64,000 bases of DNA from positions 3,162,001-3,226,000 of the forward strand of contig CM038998.1 of NCBI GenBank assembly GCA_017499595.2. The letters are read 5' to 3'. Made by a program: the position numbers and the translations under genes. Below, piece by piece: positions 62,419-64,000 of the stretch; within the stretch, counting starts at the first letter, position 1, and every line of letters begins with the position of its first letter. The notes under the pieces are model-generated. The model had not been told where the DNA came from. It saw only the letters and a list, made by a program, of their open reading frames with translations, and did no database searches. This DNA is from Psilocybe cubensis (lineage: Eukaryota).

Positions 62419-64000
62419 CTACCATCGTAACATCTCACCATACATATTTGGCCTCTCACCCCGAATATATGACTCAAAAATGCGCTTTAGCACTGTTGCC
62501 CAACCTAAATCTACTCGAACATCCTCGGCACTGTCTTCAAATTCCGCGTCTGAGTGATGCTGATGAGCTTTCGGTGATGTTGCAGAGCGACGAAGGGCTC
62601 GACGGGCGGTGCGCTCGCCTTCCGCAAATCGTGGTCCCAGATCGGGCCAATTACGGGTAGGGTCGAAGGGTTTCCACCTAATACAATAGATCAACATGTT
62701 TAGTAGACAGCTCGGGCGCGAAGGCTACATTGCCACGACATTGACGCACCAAAAGTTATGGAAGTGATAAGAATAGGCACCTCTGAAGAAGCCTTCGAAA
62801 CCTAATGCTTGAGGAGCGGCGCTGTCAGTCGAGGGTGTGTCAAAGAAATGTTCAAAACTAACAATAGAAACATTTTAACTTTAGCGTTGGAATACATAAA
62901 AAAAGGTCAGACCTGACCTTGTGAAAAAAGGTTGAGGCGGCCGCATATGTTGATGGTCCTCAGTTATCAGCCAAGCAGAGTCGAACAGTGCATCAGGCAG
63001 ACGCATTAACAAACCCTCAAGATGTGCCTCTTTGGTGTATTTAGAAACTGTCATCGGGTGAAAATCCAGATTGTTTTTCAATGCCGTCCGGAAGAGAAAT
63101 TTCCCAAGCGCTGAATTCTTGTTTAGATGTAATACGGCGGTATTATACTTCTCCAGTCGCGACCACCGATAAGCAAATGCGCCTTTCCAGCCCCAGAGCT
63201 CTTCCCAGTCTCGCAGAAATATGGTATCTGCGTCGAGATAGATACCTCCAAAGCGATGACATAGGACAAAGCGGGCCATATCCGATAGGATAACAGACAA
63301 CCGGTCATAACTTGAAAGGGATTTCGAACCAGCACGGTTAATCATGTCGTCCTCTCTCGTCGCCGTTGAAAGATATGCGGTGGCATTTTCATCAGGAATA
63401 CCTGGATTCTCGTTCAATTTGTGGGGTACAGGGATGACATACCCGGCCGAATTGAAGAGATCTCTGGACCGCCATTCATCCTTCAATTCCGGCACACCGT
63501 CCAATTGCTCGGTTGTATTCCACATTTTAAAATGTATGATGTCTTTAAACCGGGGATGGAGAAATGGTGATGCCCATGGATTCGATTTTAGCTGGTCGTA
63601 CATGTCTCTATAGGCCGCGGGATTCGGTACAGCAGCTGCAGGACCAGGATTAATCCATAGCCAAAACTGCGGTCTGCAGACACCGTTGGAAGGGTATTCG
63701 TTAAGGTGTAATCCAGTATTTTGAGTGAACAGGAACGAGAGAATGGCAAGATATGGTTTATCCGTGAATGGTCCTGTCCAGAACATATGAAATATACGTG
63801 GATTTTCAGGATCACATTGGGAAGGAGCGGTGGACGCAGGGTGATAAGGAATGGGATTTGATAATTCGATAGGAGGTGTTTCCCACTCTACCCCCCGCCG
63901 TTTAGTTAACCCGCTGTCTGGGTCAGCATTGGGGTCTTCAGTTATGGTTACTTGAGCTTTGCCATAGCTCGGTCCTGTATCCTCATCCAATCCGCGAGCA
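62419..64000 (-). CDS. Glycosyltransferase family 32 (DxD) protein, 5' end outside the window
   Basis: IFHMFWTG, LSDMARFVLCHRFGGIYLDADT, AFSYHFHN/W. Confidence 0.85.

Noticed and set aside
1-64000. tRNA, rRNA, transposon, CRISPR or prokaryotic-type systems
   Set aside because: No cloverleaf around GTTCGA words, and no LTR/TIR, transposase, RT motifs or repeat-spacer arrays seen

Overview
Eukaryotic DNA from a mushroom-forming basidiomycete (Agaricomycete-like: about 30 densely packed genes, introns mostly 45-70 nt, many micro-exons). Most genes are housekeeping: Rex4-like protein, PPR protein, STS1/cut8, CAS1, rhomboid, ankyrin-DIL protein, RRP15, FMO, GID8, BCK1-type MAPKKK, IQM-like protein, CZIB, RSM24, septin CDC3, MTR10, LSC1, ACBP-ankyrin, MRPS16, LSM5, SRP1, a P450, a 2-hydroxyacid dehydrogenase, VIP1, RPN2, COX13, two GPI-type proteins, RPE1 and a GT32. 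The most interesting layer is invisible in the ORF track: four intronic box C/D snoRNAs in two hosts, a spliced non-coding gene at about 5.3-5.9 kb and GID8 at 19.4-20.5 kb. Their guide pairings are reshuffled relative to budding yeast, one guide fits both 18S rRNA and U6 snRNA, one snoRNA has compensated non-canonical C/D boxes, and both hosts share a three-part upstream module (CCACCGTG, TCACGTGA, AAACCTGCCCTA). No transposon, tRNA, rRNA or CRISPR array was seen. Gene models were spliced by eye, and rRNA/snoRNA matches rely on recalled conserved sequences, not on a database search.
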